Assembly (NCBI GenBank): GCA_963664295.1
Contig: OY760935.1
Coordinates: 224,001 to 288,000, forward strand
From: Candidatus Altimarinota bacterium
GTDB taxonomy: Bacteria; Patescibacteriota; Gracilibacteria; CAIRYL01; GCA-016699755
DNA: 64,000 nucleotides
Direction of reading: 5' to 3'
The notes beneath the pieces are model-generated. The model saw nothing but the letters and a program-made list of their open reading frames with translations. It made no database searches and had not been told where the DNA came from. The position numbers and the translations under genes are program-made. Positions 50,727-62,000 of this stretch are shown one piece after another (the first letter of the stretch is position 1; each line of letters starts with the position of its first letter).

Positions 50727-50795
50727 AATGCAACGGTCTTGAAAACCGTCGTGGCAGCAATGTCACCGTGGGTTCGAATCCCACTCTCTCCGCCA
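50706..50795 (+). tRNA. tRNA-Ser (anticodon TGA)
   Basis: Acceptor GGAGAGA/TCTCTCC, anticodon arm ACGGT-CTTGAAA-ACCGT, long variable arm, GGTTCGAATCC, encoded CCA. Confidence 0.97.
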
Positions 50796-50832
50796 TTAAA
50801 AAATATTACCCCAAAGGGGTAAGATTTTTTAA
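50796..50832 (+). terminator. Hairpin after tRNA-Ser
   Basis: TTACCCC-AAA-GGGGTAA stem with flanking A/T tracts. Confidence 0.65.
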
Positions 50833-50946
50833 TAATGGTGAAGAAGTGGCTTGATGCGAAGCCATAGGTTCGACACTCAAGCGAGCGAGAGAATTTGTGC
50901 TTGCGCAAAATTCCGAACGAGCGCAGAAGGCCTTATTTAGCTTAAT

Positions 50947-51942
50947 TTAAGACAAAAAAGGTACCTTAAACTTAGCTTTATTAGGTTTGCTTAATGTTTT
51001 TTGTGTTGCTGTTGTTGCACATTTTCTGGCGTCAACCATTGCACTTTGTATATTTTCAGGCACTAGTGTTTGTATTATGGCTCTTTTGATATAGCCTATA
51101 TTATATAATAGTTCAAAATGAACCTCTTTTAAGTCAGCTCTTTGCTGAAGAGTTAGAATGTCTAGTTTATCGTCTATTTCATTTCTTAGTAGTTCATAAA
51201 ATCTTTCTCCAGCTATCCTGGCAATAGGTAAAACAAAATTATGCGAATCTATTAGAGTTCTTGCATTGAAGTCTTCTGCGCTTTCGCCGTTTTTTTTGGT
51301 TCCATCTACAGGCAAGCTTCTTAGATTTTGAATTCTGTCTGCTGTTTTTACGCGTGTAGCTTGTATGCGGATTTCAGGAAATTGATTTAGAAGATCATTG
51401 CAATATTGATATAAAAAATCTTGATACTCTTTTGTTGTGCCATTTCTTGGTTTTTTCCCTTTTTTCCTGAGTGCAAGTAATATTTTTGCTATTTTTTCAT
51501 TGTATCTTTGAGCTAGGGCATCAAATGTTGTTATTTCGTTTTGCACAAGGGTAATATCTTTTCTTTCGTGATTTTGGTTTCCTCTTACTAATAATGAATC
51601 TTCGGGACTGTCATGGTGTAAGGCAGATATTAAGGTTTCTGGATTTTTTATTCCTAATTCCAATAAAAGAATTAGCATTACTGCTTTTGGGTGTTGGTAA
51701 TATGGTTCTCCACTATGTCTTAATTTTGGGCCATTATTGCCACAAAAAATTGCCTTTAAGTCATTGTATGCATTCCACAGTCTAACTAAATCATTATTTT
51801 TTAATCCTGCTTTTTGTTCAAGTAGTGCTTGTATTTCTAGTCCACCAAAACAACTGGCTTCAACCATTTCGCCTTCATATATAACAGATTTTGGTTCATC
51901 AATATATACTGGCTTTCTTAGTTTTATCGACGATGGTGGCAT
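50947..51942 (-). CDS. RelA/SpoT-type HD domain protein (small alarmone hydrolase-like)
   Basis: RHSGEPYYQHP, SALHHDSPED, VKTADRIQNLR; no synthetase motifs seen. Confidence 0.8.
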   Translation of the reverse strand: MPPSSIKLRKPVYIDEPKSVIYEGEMVEASCFGGLEIQALLEQKAGLKNNDLVRLWNAYNDLKAIFCGNNGPKLRHSGEPYYQHPKAVMLILLLELGIKNPETLISALHHDSPEDSLLVRGNQNHERKDITLVQNEITTFDALAQRYNEKIAKILLALRKKGKKPRNGTTKEYQDFLYQYCNDLLNQFPEIRIQATRVKTADRIQNLRSLPVDGTKKNGESAEDFNARTLIDSHNFVLPIARIAGERFYELLRNEIDDKLDILTLQQRADLKEVHFELLYNIGYIKRAIIQTLVPENIQSAMVDARKCATTATQKTLSKPNKAKFKVPFLS

Positions 51943-52037
51943 TTTTTAGCAAAAGAAAGTGTATAATTATAATTATTTTTAGATAAAAGTCAAGGGTTTT
52001 GCCTATGATACAATATTTTTGATGATATTTAGATGAA

Positions 52038-53099
52038 TTGTTGAAAATTATTGTTGCTGATGTTGTTCCACGGGATTTACCCAAGCCTTCTGCAAAAGAG
52101 CATTTTGCAGAGCTTGTTCGTTTGATCGAGACCCTTGGCGGAATGACTGTTGTGAAAATTATTCAAAAAAGAGGACGACCAAGCGGAAAAACTTATTTAG
52201 GAACCGGAAAAGCAGAGGAAATTGGTAAAATGGCAAAAGAGCTCAAAGCAGATGCAGTAGTGATAAATGCAATCTTGAAAGGAAGTCAGCTTTTTGAGCT
52301 TACTCAGCGAATTCCAATTGTAATTTGGGATCGAGTTGATTTGATTTTGCGTATTTTTGATCGTCATGCCAGCACATCAGAGGCAAAATTGCAGATAAAA
52401 AGAGCACAACTTGAATATGATATTCCAAAAATTTACGGACGAGCATCAACTACTCTCTTTGAAAGAGAGAGGGGAGGGGGAGTGACTCAGCGTGGTGCGG
52501 GTGAGCGGGGAATTGAAATTGAAAAACGTCATATTCGCAGGCAGATTAAAATGATTGATAAAAAACTAGATACAATTAAAAAAAGCAGAGCGAGCCAAAG
52601 AAAACACAGAAAAAGAAATAATTTGCCCACCATTGCCCTTGTTGGTTATACAAATTCAGGTAAATCTACTTTACTTCGAGCTTTGACTGGCAAAAAAGTT
52701 TTGGTTGAGGATAAGCTTTTTTCTACTTTGGACACTCGTTTAGGTGCTTTGTATCTTCAAAAAAGTCAGAGAAAAACTCTTTTAGCTGATACTATTGGTT
52801 TTATTGAAAATTTACCGCCTATGCTAATTGCTTCTTTTATGGCTACTTTAGAGGAAGCGAAATATGCAGATCTTCTTTTGCATATTTATGATGCAAGTGA
52901 CAAAAAAGCAAGCAAAAAGAGACAAGTTGTGCGAAAAATACTCAAAGACATGGGAATTGCCGACAAGCCCACTTTATTGGTGGCAAATAAAATAGATTTA
53001 TTAAAAAAAGATGAACAAGTAGAAAAAGGCTTGCCTATATCCGCAGAGAAGAAATTAGGTTTGGAAAATTTAATCACAGAAATTGAGAAGAAAATTTAG
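52038..53099 (+). CDS. hflX: GTPase HflX
   Basis: DRVDLILRIF, VGYTNSGKSTL, LFSTLD, DTIGFI, NKID. Confidence 0.95.
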   Translation: MLKIIVADVVPRDLPKPSAKEHFAELVRLIETLGGMTVVKIIQKRGRPSGKTYLGTGKAEEIGKMAKELKADAVVINAILKGSQLFELTQRIPIVIWDRVDLILRIFDRHASTSEAKLQIKRAQLEYDIPKIYGRASTTLFERERGGGVTQRGAGERGIEIEKRHIRRQIKMIDKKLDTIKKSRASQRKHRKRNNLPTIALVGYTNSGKSTLLRALTGKKVLVEDKLFSTLDTRLGALYLQKSQRKTLLADTIGFIENLPPMLIASFMATLEEAKYADLLLHIYDASDKKASKKRQVVRKILKDMGIADKPTLLVANKIDLLKKDEQVEKGLPISAEKKLGLENLITEIEKKI

Positions 53100-55166
53100 T
53101 TGTGCCATAATCTTTTTGTGAAAAAAATTAAATTATCCGAAAAACTTGAGCAGGTCTTATCAACTACAAAAAACCGAATTGAACTTTTGCATGAAATTGG
53201 TGTTTTTGCTGTAAAAGATTTTCTTGGTCTTTATCCGCGTACACATGAAATGCAAAATACTGCAGAAATATCCTCAGATATTAGATTAGATCAAAAAAAT
53301 ATTCTCAAGGGTGAATTTAGTAATGTCACAAGTTCACGAGGAAAAAGCAGAATACTAGTGACAAAAGCTATTTTTACTACACCAAAAGGGGAGAGTTTTG
53401 AGTGTGTTTGGTTTAATCAGCCACATATAAAAAAAATGCTCCCTGTTGGGCGTATGCTTGTTGTTTCTACTAAAGCAAAATCAGCATATGGAAAAATAAC
53501 TCTTCAAAATCCCAGTTTTACGGATCAGGAAATAAACTCAGGCGAGATAACTCCTGTTTATCGTGAGCATGGCAAGCTTTCTGCGGATTGGTTTCGCAAA
53601 AAAATGTTTCATTTGATTGATATTGTTGAAGATTTTCCTGAAATTATTCCAGAAAAAATTCGTAAAGAAGAAAATTTAATACCTAAAAATGAGGCAATTC
53701 AGATAATTCATTTTCCAAAAAACGAAGAAGAGCTAAAAAAAGCCAAAAAAGCACTAGCATTTGAGGAATTATTTGTTTTGCAGTTGGCTGGTATTTTGCG
53801 TAAAAAAAAGTGGCAATCAGAAACAAGTGGAAAATCAAAAAAAATTCCTCTTGATCCGGATTTGCAAAAACAATTTTTTAAAACACTGCCTTTTGAGCTT
53901 ACTGGTGGGCAAAAAGTTGCATTATTTGAAATATTAAAAGATTTTGAGGGTGATTATCCTGCTCTCCGCCTTTTGGAGGGTGATGTTGGTTCTGGTAAAA
54001 CTGTAGTTGCTGTTGGTGCCAGCTTGCCTATTTTAAAGCAAAAAATGCAAGTAGCCTTTCTTGCGCCAACGGAAGTTTTGGCAAATCAGCACTACAAAAG
54101 TATTTCTAAACTTTTGGAAAAATTTAATCCTGAAATCAAAACAGAATTATTAACAGGAGCAATAAAAGGCAAAAAAAGAGAAGAAATTTTAGAAGGCATT
54201 AGAAAAGGTAGTATTCAAGCGCTTGTTGGCACGCATGCTTTAATTCAGGAGTCAGTTATTTGGCACAATCTTGGCTTTTGTGTAATTGATGAACAGCATC
54301 GTTTTGGTGTGGAGCAAAGGTCTCATTTGCTTAAGCAGGGTTATCCCCATGTTTTGCAAATGACAGCAACGCCAATTCCTCGTACTTTGGCTATTGTTGC
54401 TTTTGGTGATCAGGATTTATCTGTTATTTCCGAGCTTCCTTCTGGAAGAAAGCCAATAATCACCAAAGTTGTTGCTAATTCTGCACGCAGTCAGACAGAA
54501 CTTTTTATTGAAAGTGAGATTAAAAAAGGCAGACAAGGTTTTGTGATTTGCCCTTTAGTTGAAGGTTCGGATAATATTCAAGCAAAGGCTGTCACAGAAG
54601 AATTTGAAAGATTAAAAAAAGATGTTTTTCCGAATTTGAGATTAGCTCTTTTGCATGGACGCATGAAATCTAAAGAAAAAAAAGAAATAATGGAGGCATT
54701 TTCTGCTGGTGAATATGATATTTTAGTTTCCACTGCTGTGGTTGAAGTTGGAGTTGATGTGCCTAATGCTACTTTGATGCTTATTGAGGGCGCAGAAAGA
54801 TTTGGATTAGCACAGTTGCATCAGTTTCGAGGTCGTGTTGGGAGAGGGGAGTATCAGAGTTATTGTTTTTTGTTTCCAACAGATGATATGGGCATAACAC
54901 AGCGCTTGCGAGCAATGGAGCAATATGATGATGGATTTCGTTTAGCAGAAATTGATTTGCATTTGCGTGGGCCAGGGGAGGTTTTTGGTATTCGACAAAG
55001 TGGTATTCCAGATTTAAAAATGGCTTCTTTGTTTGATGCTAGGATTATTTCTTCGGCCAGGAAACAAGCTGAAGAATATGCCAATAATGTTGCTTATGAT
55101 GATTTTTCTTTTGCTTTACAAAAAGAATTAAAAAATAAAGAAAAAGATGATATTGAAAGGGCTTAG
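53100..55166 (+). CDS. recG: ATP-dependent DNA helicase RecG
   Basis: RLLEGDVGSGKT, DEQHRFGV, MTATPIPR, RFGLAQLHQFRGRVGRG, RGPGE; start could be GTG 53118. Confidence 0.96.
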   Translation: MCHNLFVKKIKLSEKLEQVLSTTKNRIELLHEIGVFAVKDFLGLYPRTHEMQNTAEISSDIRLDQKNILKGEFSNVTSSRGKSRILVTKAIFTTPKGESFECVWFNQPHIKKMLPVGRMLVVSTKAKSAYGKITLQNPSFTDQEINSGEITPVYREHGKLSADWFRKKMFHLIDIVEDFPEIIPEKIRKEENLIPKNEAIQIIHFPKNEEELKKAKKALAFEELFVLQLAGILRKKKWQSETSGKSKKIPLDPDLQKQFFKTLPFELTGGQKVALFEILKDFEGDYPALRLLEGDVGSGKTVVAVGASLPILKQKMQVAFLAPTEVLANQHYKSISKLLEKFNPEIKTELLTGAIKGKKREEILEGIRKGSIQALVGTHALIQESVIWHNLGFCVIDEQHRFGVEQRSHLLKQGYPHVLQMTATPIPRTLAIVAFGDQDLSVISELPSGRKPIITKVVANSARSQTELFIESEIKKGRQGFVICPLVEGSDNIQAKAVTEEFERLKKDVFPNLRLALLHGRMKSKEKKEIMEAFSAGEYDILVSTAVVEVGVDVPNATLMLIEGAERFGLAQLHQFRGRVGRGEYQSYCFLFPTDDMGITQRLRAMEQYDDGFRLAEIDLHLRGPGEVFGIRQSGIPDLKMASLFDARIISSARKQAEEYANNVAYDDFSFALQKELKNKEKDDIERA

Positions 55167-55274
55167 GTTGTATAAAAAATTTGTACAATAATTTTTGTTA
55201 TAAAAATAATTATTTTGTGTCTTTTTGTTGCTTTTTCCTTATTTTAAGATTTTTTTGTTTTATATTTCTTTGTT

Positions 55275-55583
55275 TGTCATAAATATCCGGATATCCGAAG
55301 AGAGCTTGCTCCTCAGGGGTGCCTTTTTCTGAACGAGCGTAGCGAAGTGAAGGATCTCCCGCAAGCATTATTACTTGATTACCAAGGCAGGACTTGCACG
55401 AGTGGACAAGGAGATTCTTCGCTCCATTTCATTACGCTCAGAATGACAGCAAGGGTGTGTTTTTTGCTCACAATGACACCTCTTGCCTCCCGAGATTGCG
55501 GATCAAGTCCGCAATGACAAGATAGGACCTGAGCGCATGGACAAGGAGATTCTTCGCTCCATTTCATTACGCTCAGAATGACA
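55275..55583. repeat. Palindromic repeat cluster 7
   Basis: GAGATTCTTCGCTCCATTTCATTACGCTCAGAATGACA twice plus GAGATTGCGGATCAAGTCCGCAATGACA. Confidence 0.92.
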
Positions 55584-55598
55584 GAAAAAAGGGTGCCT

Positions 55599-56324
55599 TT
55601 ATTTTTTCTTTAGCAAATATCCCTTAATAAAAATTCCAATCAATATCACGAAAAAAGAAACAATAAGTCCATAAAAAATAGTATTATTTTTTTGTGTACT
55701 ACTTTCTGTTTCTATGGGCGTAGTTTCTTCTTCTTGTTTTATTGTTGGTGGACTATTTTCATCAAGTTCTAAGTCAATTATTAAAAATTCATCTCCCTGA
55801 ACTTCTATTTCTTTTTTTTCTATACCCTCGCCAGAAATTATTATCTTTGCAGATTTTGGCACGCTATTAAAAGAAAAGTAGCCACTTTGGTCGGTGTAAG
55901 TTTTTTCTAATATTCTTTCGTCTTTGTCGATTAACTTAAGCAAAGCATTTTTTATTGGTATTTTTTTTGCCAGTACTTGACCTTTTGTTTGTGTTCCAGG
56001 GTTTATTGTTAAATTTCCTGCATCAATTTTTTCATTAAAATAATTATAAACTTCTATTTTTAGTTCATGGCTTTGTTTAGGTGAAAGAGAATTAACACTA
56101 AAGATAAAATAGCCTTTTTCATCAGTATTTACGCTTGAGAGTAGGTTTTTTTCCTGAAAAAGTTTCATTTTTGCGTATGGCTGATGAAAACCTTGTATTT
56201 TTAGTTCTTCATTTTGCCAAAAATAAAACAAATCCCGCCTTTCTTCTTGTTGAGAATAGTGCTCATAAGCCTGTGTTAAAGGTAAAAAAATCAATAAGCC
56301 GATTATGAGAAATAATTTTTTCAT
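55599..56324 (-). CDS. Exported protein with carboxypeptidase-regulatory-like beta domains and C-terminal TM anchor
   Basis: Signal peptide; TDEKGYFIF and TDQSGYFSF motifs; C-terminal TM plus KKK. Confidence 0.65.
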   Translation of the reverse strand: MKKLFLIIGLLIFLPLTQAYEHYSQQEERRDLFYFWQNEELKIQGFHQPYAKMKLFQEKNLLSSVNTDEKGYFIFSVNSLSPKQSHELKIEVYNYFNEKIDAGNLTINPGTQTKGQVLAKKIPIKNALLKLIDKDERILEKTYTDQSGYFSFNSVPKSAKIIISGEGIEKKEIEVQGDEFLIIDLELDENSPPTIKQEEETTPIETESSTQKNNTIFYGLIVSFFVILIGIFIKGYLLKKK

Positions 56325-58138
56325 TGCAGATTTATTGCTTCTAATATTGGTGCGGAAACTGGTTGATTGTTTACAAGGTAATCACCATTTTCTACAAAAA
56401 AGTAAAATTTGCCTTGTTGATTAGCTTTTGTTGTTTTGATGACTTTTTCTTCTGTGTTTTTGAGGGTTATTGTGCTGTTTACTTCTGCGTAGCCAAATAT
56501 TGAAGGCATAATAGCAATATCTTTGTGCACATTATCTCCTCTTATTTTTAATTGTTCTGATTGATAAAGATGGGTGTATGGACCTGTTTCTGTTGGTTTG
56601 TTTAATATGCCTCCTGTTATTTCTGGTTCTAAGATGTAAATTCCTTGAGGTACAGAAAATGAATAAAATCCATCTTGATTTGTGCTTTGTTGATAAATTA
56701 TTTCTTCATTGCTATTTGATTTACCAATGCAGTTAATCACTGCTTTTTTGATTGGCATTAGCGTCCAAGCATTAAAAATAGTGCCAAATGGCTCACTTTC
56801 ACTTCTGTAAAAACTTCCTTTTGTATATATGAGTGGATTTATATTGTTTTCTTCTGCTTTTTTATTGCTTATTAAATAAAATCCAGTGCTTGATTTTTGG
56901 TTAATTTTATTTTCATAAACAGCAACAATAGAATGAATATAAGAGAGAGGATTTAGTTTTAATATATTTATTGCTGGCAGAGTGAATTCACCATTTTTAT
57001 CGCTTATCACTATTGTTTCTTTGATTTCTTTTTCTATTTTTATTTGTGAAAACCCTGGATAGATCACTTCTTGATTTTTGATAAAAATTTCATTTCCACC
57101 TTGGGGATTTTTTGACCCTATTATGTAGCCATTTTCGTCTATTAGTTTTTTTTCTGTATCTATTCTTTGAATTTCAAAAAGAGAAATATGAAGATTTTCT
57201 GTGCTAGAAAATGGCTTTTTTGTGCCATTTTCATCAATCCAGAAAAAATCTTGAAAAGACAAAGTTATTTTATTGTTATGTGGATCATTTATGTTTATGT
57301 CAATTTTTCGAGATATATTTTCATCTCTTTGCACACCTATGTTGTATAAATAAGGTAGTTCACTATCTTTTTCTATGTTGTACCAAATTTCATAGTGCTC
57401 AAAATCATCAAGTAATACTTCTTGGTCAAAATTTAAAGGCTCTACTGTTGTTTTTGGAGCAAAGTCTGCACAAGAGGGTGGTTGGCAAGGGAGTTGACCT
57501 TGTTCAGTTTCGCTTAAAATTGGTTCTTTTTTAAAAAATAGTTTGTATTTATATATTCCTTTTATGCTTCCAGGGCTTATTGATGGCTTGCTTGTGGTGT
57601 TTGGTGCCGATCCTGAGTTGTATTCTGCTTTGATAATCTCAGTTTCTTGGTTATTGTTATATCCTTGCCAATAAAGAGTGCAATTATAATTAATTTTGCA
57701 TTCACGATAAAATTTTTCATTTTCTTCCGTAGTGCATTCTGTTTTATAAGAAAGCTCATCAGGGCAAAATGATGCTGTTATATCTGGTAGAGTAAAATAC
57801 TCATGTCTTTCTATTACTTGCAAATTATCTTGAAATATTTCTCTTTTTTGCCAGTTTAAGTTTATTTGTTTTGTTTCTTTGTTTATTTCTGCGGAAAAGT
57901 TTTTAATTAACTCAGGAATAATTGTATAAACAGATATTTTATTTGTTGTTTGTGGTTTTGATATGCCCTTTATTTCAAAAATAACATCATTTTCTAATAA
58001 ATGATTGTCTGCCAGCTTGCTTTTGGAGATTATTTCTCCGTAATCAGGTTCTATTATTTGGGCATAAAAATTTTCAGCCAAGACCAAAGAAGCTCCTAGA
58101 AATAAACAAAAACTAAAAATTATGATTTTTATTTTCAT
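56321..58138 (-). CDS. Secreted protein with carboxypeptidase-regulatory-like beta domains
   Basis: Signal peptide; SDKNGEFTL, TNQDGFYSF, ANQQGKFYF motifs. Confidence 0.65.
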   Translation of the reverse strand: MKIKIIIFSFCLFLGASLVLAENFYAQIIEPDYGEIISKSKLADNHLLENDVIFEIKGISKPQTTNKISVYTIIPELIKNFSAEINKETKQINLNWQKREIFQDNLQVIERHEYFTLPDITASFCPDELSYKTECTTEENEKFYRECKINYNCTLYWQGYNNNQETEIIKAEYNSGSAPNTTSKPSISPGSIKGIYKYKLFFKKEPILSETEQGQLPCQPPSCADFAPKTTVEPLNFDQEVLLDDFEHYEIWYNIEKDSELPYLYNIGVQRDENISRKIDININDPHNNKITLSFQDFFWIDENGTKKPFSSTENLHISLFEIQRIDTEKKLIDENGYIIGSKNPQGGNEIFIKNQEVIYPGFSQIKIEKEIKETIVISDKNGEFTLPAINILKLNPLSYIHSIVAVYENKINQKSSTGFYLISNKKAEENNINPLIYTKGSFYRSESEPFGTIFNAWTLMPIKKAVINCIGKSNSNEEIIYQQSTNQDGFYSFSVPQGIYILEPEITGGILNKPTETGPYTHLYQSEQLKIRGDNVHKDIAIMPSIFGYAEVNSTITLKNTEEKVIKTTKANQQGKFYFFVENGDYLVNNQPVSAPILEAINLQ

Positions 58139-58698
58139 TAAGACAGAGGATTGATAACAAAGCGGAAAATAGCAAAAGCACTAATGGTAGTTATTAAGCC
58201 AATAATTGCAAAAAAAGCACCTTTTTTTGCTTTATCAAGCTTATCTGTGTCATCACCAGAAAACATCATAATATAGCCATTATATACAAGTGCCAATACT
58301 GCTATTGCACCAACAGAGCCTAATAAAAGAGAGATGATATTATCTATTACCAATGTTGTATCGTTTATTGTTGGGCTTTCTATTTGATCAGTTGGTTTTT
58401 TGAGAAATCGGATCAAAACAGCAGACACAGAAACTAAGATAGATGCTATTAATGAGCCTTTAATAACACTTTTTCCTATGTTTATGTTTTTTTCATCGTT
58501 ACCACCAAACATCATAATAATACCGCCAATTATTATCATTAAAACTGATATGCCAAAGATAATCTGGGAGCCAATTTCCCAAATATTAGATACATATTCG
58601 CCAAAATTATCCACATTACCAACTTCAGTGTCATCTGCATAAGCAGGTAATGCAGAAAATATAAAAAGAAAAATACTTATTAAGAGTTTCATGTTCAT
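58138..58698 (-). CDS. Tandem TrbC/VirB2-like pilin
   Basis: Signal peptide then two copies of TM-GG/GY-xMMFxG-D..K..K-TM. Confidence 0.7.
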   Translation of the reverse strand: MNMKLLISIFLFIFSALPAYADDTEVGNVDNFGEYVSNIWEIGSQIIFGISVLMIIIGGIIMMFGGNDEKNINIGKSVIKGSLIASILVSVSAVLIRFLKKPTDQIESPTINDTTLVIDNIISLLLGSVGAIAVLALVYNGYIMMFSGDDTDKLDKAKKGAFFAIIGLITTISAFAIFRFVINPLS

Positions 58699-58847
58699 TT
58701 TAATTTAATTTTATTTTGCCATAATTTACAATACTGCAAAAGGGAAAAACAGGCTTAAAAACAATAATATTTTTTTGAAATATTTTTACAAAAAAGTCAA
58801 AATATGATACTTAAAAACTGTTAATTTTAAAGTTTTTTCAAAAATTT

Positions 58848-58878
58848 CTCTTGACAAATATTTTGTTTTTTGTAAAAT
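58848..58878 (+). promoter_or_regulatory. Sigma70 promoter for surface lipoprotein gene
   Basis: CTCTTGACAAATA; TTGACA - 16 bp - TAAAAT. Confidence 0.65.
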
Positions 58879-59063
58879 AATCTCCTAAATTGCCAGAAAA
58901 GACCTTTAATAAAACAATTTTAATAAAAAGTTATTTGTGTTTATTTACTATTGATATTCTTGCAAAAAGAATAAGTAAAGCGCATAAATAAACATGGATT
59001 AAAGTCCTTTATAACAATTAATTACTATATTATTTATATTTTTTTCACCTTTTTTCATTTCTT

Positions 59064-62000
59064 ATGAAAAATTTCTTCAAAAGACTTGCCTACAAAAAAT
59101 CTCCTAATACGGCAACCTTACCTCGTGAGCTTGATCTCACAAATCTTAGAAAAAATAATCCTGTCTATAACACTATGGACAAGATGCGTAATTCTAAGTT
59201 GATGCGTAAGCTTTTCGGCCTTACAACAGCCACAGTTGCTCTTATGGGAGTTTCTGGTTGTAATTGGGGTGAAAAGGATGACGTTCCAGCACCAGGTAAT
59301 AGTGGTGATGTGCCAAATCCAGGTGGTGACACGCCAGATCAAGTGGTCAAAGGTGCTATTCAACAAGAATTTGTTAATCCTGATGGAGTTGAGCTTCATC
59401 CAGATGGATTGAATTTAAAAAATATTGTTTATCAATCTAATGATGTAGTAGATGGAGGTGAAGAGGAGCAAAGAAGGTCAGAAGAGGCAAAAGCAGATGA
59501 TATTCATCCTGGTTATAATGGCCCTTTGACTGTTCAAAATAATGAATGTGTTGATGTTTTGATCTTAGGTGAAGAAGTAGCAGGATTAGAATCAGGTGAA
59601 TTCCTTGTAGAAATGCAAGATGGCACTATGCATCAAGTTTCTGTTGATATCAATTATAATGAACAAACAGGTCAAGCCCGCTTGGAAGTTCAGGATTTTA
59701 TTGATGAATATAATCTTGATAACCCAGGAAATGAAATTGATGCTAATCAGATAGAAACCTTAACAACAAATATTGAAGGAACTTTAGACATTATCCTTTC
59801 TTCTTCTGCAGGTGTTAGCTATAACGAAGCAACAGGTAATGTTGAATTTGGTGAAAAAAGTGCAGAATTTGATGAAGGTAAAATTACACAAGAATGCACA
59901 TTTACTAATGGCATGACAGTTAAAGTTAAATTAACTCAATTAGACACTGATGGAGATGGTGTGGGTAATCTTGGAGATTCATTACCAGAAGGCGTTGCTG
60001 TTTTAGGCAGTGTTGTAGATGGTCAAGACTCAACAATGCAATTTGCTGTTGGTAGTCGTAATGGTGAAAATCTTCTTCCTGCGCAAGTTGATGCCAAAAT
60101 AGTTTGGTATGATGCTGATGGCAATGAAACAGGTGAAGATTTAATTCCTTATCAATTACAAACAAGCGCAATTCATAATATTGATTTCCAAGGTCCTAAT
60201 ACAGGATTTGTAGCTGGCAAGCTTGTGCTTTTAGACAATGGCGCAGAAGTTGGCTCAGAAGAATTTAATATTTGGGTTGATGGTGATATTGATGGTGATG
60301 GTATAGGTGATGCAGAAGACTATGCAAACACTGCACCAACAGTGCCTGCTGGCTCAGTTGGTTTAAATGAAAATTTCAATGTCAATCACACAATCAACAC
60401 TCCAGAAGGTTCAGCGCCAGCAAGTTATGTGATTATTAGTGATTCTCTTACTGGTGAAACATGGCAATTTGCTGTTCAAGAGGGTGCAAATCAGTTCCCA
60501 ATTAGCCTAGATACTCCAGGAAGCCATACATTAACAGTAAATACCTATGACGAAGATGGAAACTTACTAGATAGCGTAAATGCAAATAGCCAAGTTAATG
60601 CCTTTAATGATAATGATGCAGACGGAGTACCTGATCATCTTGATTACAACACCACACCATTAACAGTAAATGGTCCTGTTGTGCAGGGTGTAGGGTTTGA
60701 TCTTCCTTTAGATCTCGATCTTACCGCTGGTGGATCGCCTGTAGATAGCGGTGTTATCACAGTTCTCAAAAATGGCGTGCCAACAGGAGAAATATACAAC
60801 ATTGCAGGACTAATAGACGGGCCAGATACATTGCAAGATTTAATCTTACAAACAACAGGTGATGATATCAGCTTGCAACTAGAATTATTTGCTGGTGGTG
60901 TTAATGTTGATACAAAAGTTTCAAACACATTCACAGTCCTCGAAGACGCAGACGGTGATGGCAATCCAAATACTACAGATATTCTCACAGGAGACATCAC
61001 AGTGACAGGTAATGGACTAGAAGATCAACCATTTACAGTCTCTCTTGATGTAAATACTACCAATTTCCCACAAGCAAAATTTGTTCAATTTGATTTCTCA
61101 AATGGATCAGATTCAATAATACTACCTGTCACAGACGGACCTGATTTTTCAGTTGTTGCCAATATGCCAGGTATGACAAACATCACAGTGAGCTATCTTG
61201 ATGAAAATGGTTTTGCTATCAAAGACGGAGACGATCAGATTATCACTCACCAAGTTGATAATGTAGATATTGGTGCTGAATATTTCCCAAATGGCATTCC
61301 TGCTCCGCAAAATGCTGTTCAGGGTCAAGAAGTTGACATGACAGGATTGTTTGAAATATCACATTCAGCTGATGTTAGCTACTTAAAAGTCACTTTCTCA
61401 AACGGTGCATCAGAAGTTACTATCAACAACCTTGCTGACTTGAAATTTGTTATTGATAAATTTGGCACAGGTATAACAATGACTATTACTGCTTATGATG
61501 CTAGTGATAATGCTTTGGATAGCGCAACAACTCCAGCATTTGATGTTTCTGAGCAAGACACTGACGGAGATGGAGTTGTGGATTCTGCTGATTTGGTGAA
61601 AGATGGTGCGACTACTAGTCCGGATATGGTTCAGCCTGGAAGTTTTGCAACCACAACATTTACCTATACAGGTGATCAAGAGATGATTGCAGTAATGAGG
61701 CAAAATGTATCTTTCCGCAATAATACCATTAGTCCTGATTTACACCCTTTGCAGTGGCAAGCTGCTTTAGCTCAAGGAGATGGTTTATATTATGAAACAT
61801 TAGGTAATATACAACCAGGTGAGACAATGAATGTTTATCATTTTGGTGATGCAAATTGGCATAATGTTGAGATACTTTTTTATCCTGCAAGTAGCCCTGT
61901 TGATGCCAATGGTGTGCCAACTGGAGATCCTTCATTTATAGAAGATGCAGGAGCTTATTTTGAAATAGAAACTGGTGTAAATGATACAGACACTGACGGA

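Noticed and set aside
58607-58615. DnaA box TTATCCACA
   Set aside because: Single copy inside a CDS, with no cluster to suggest an origin
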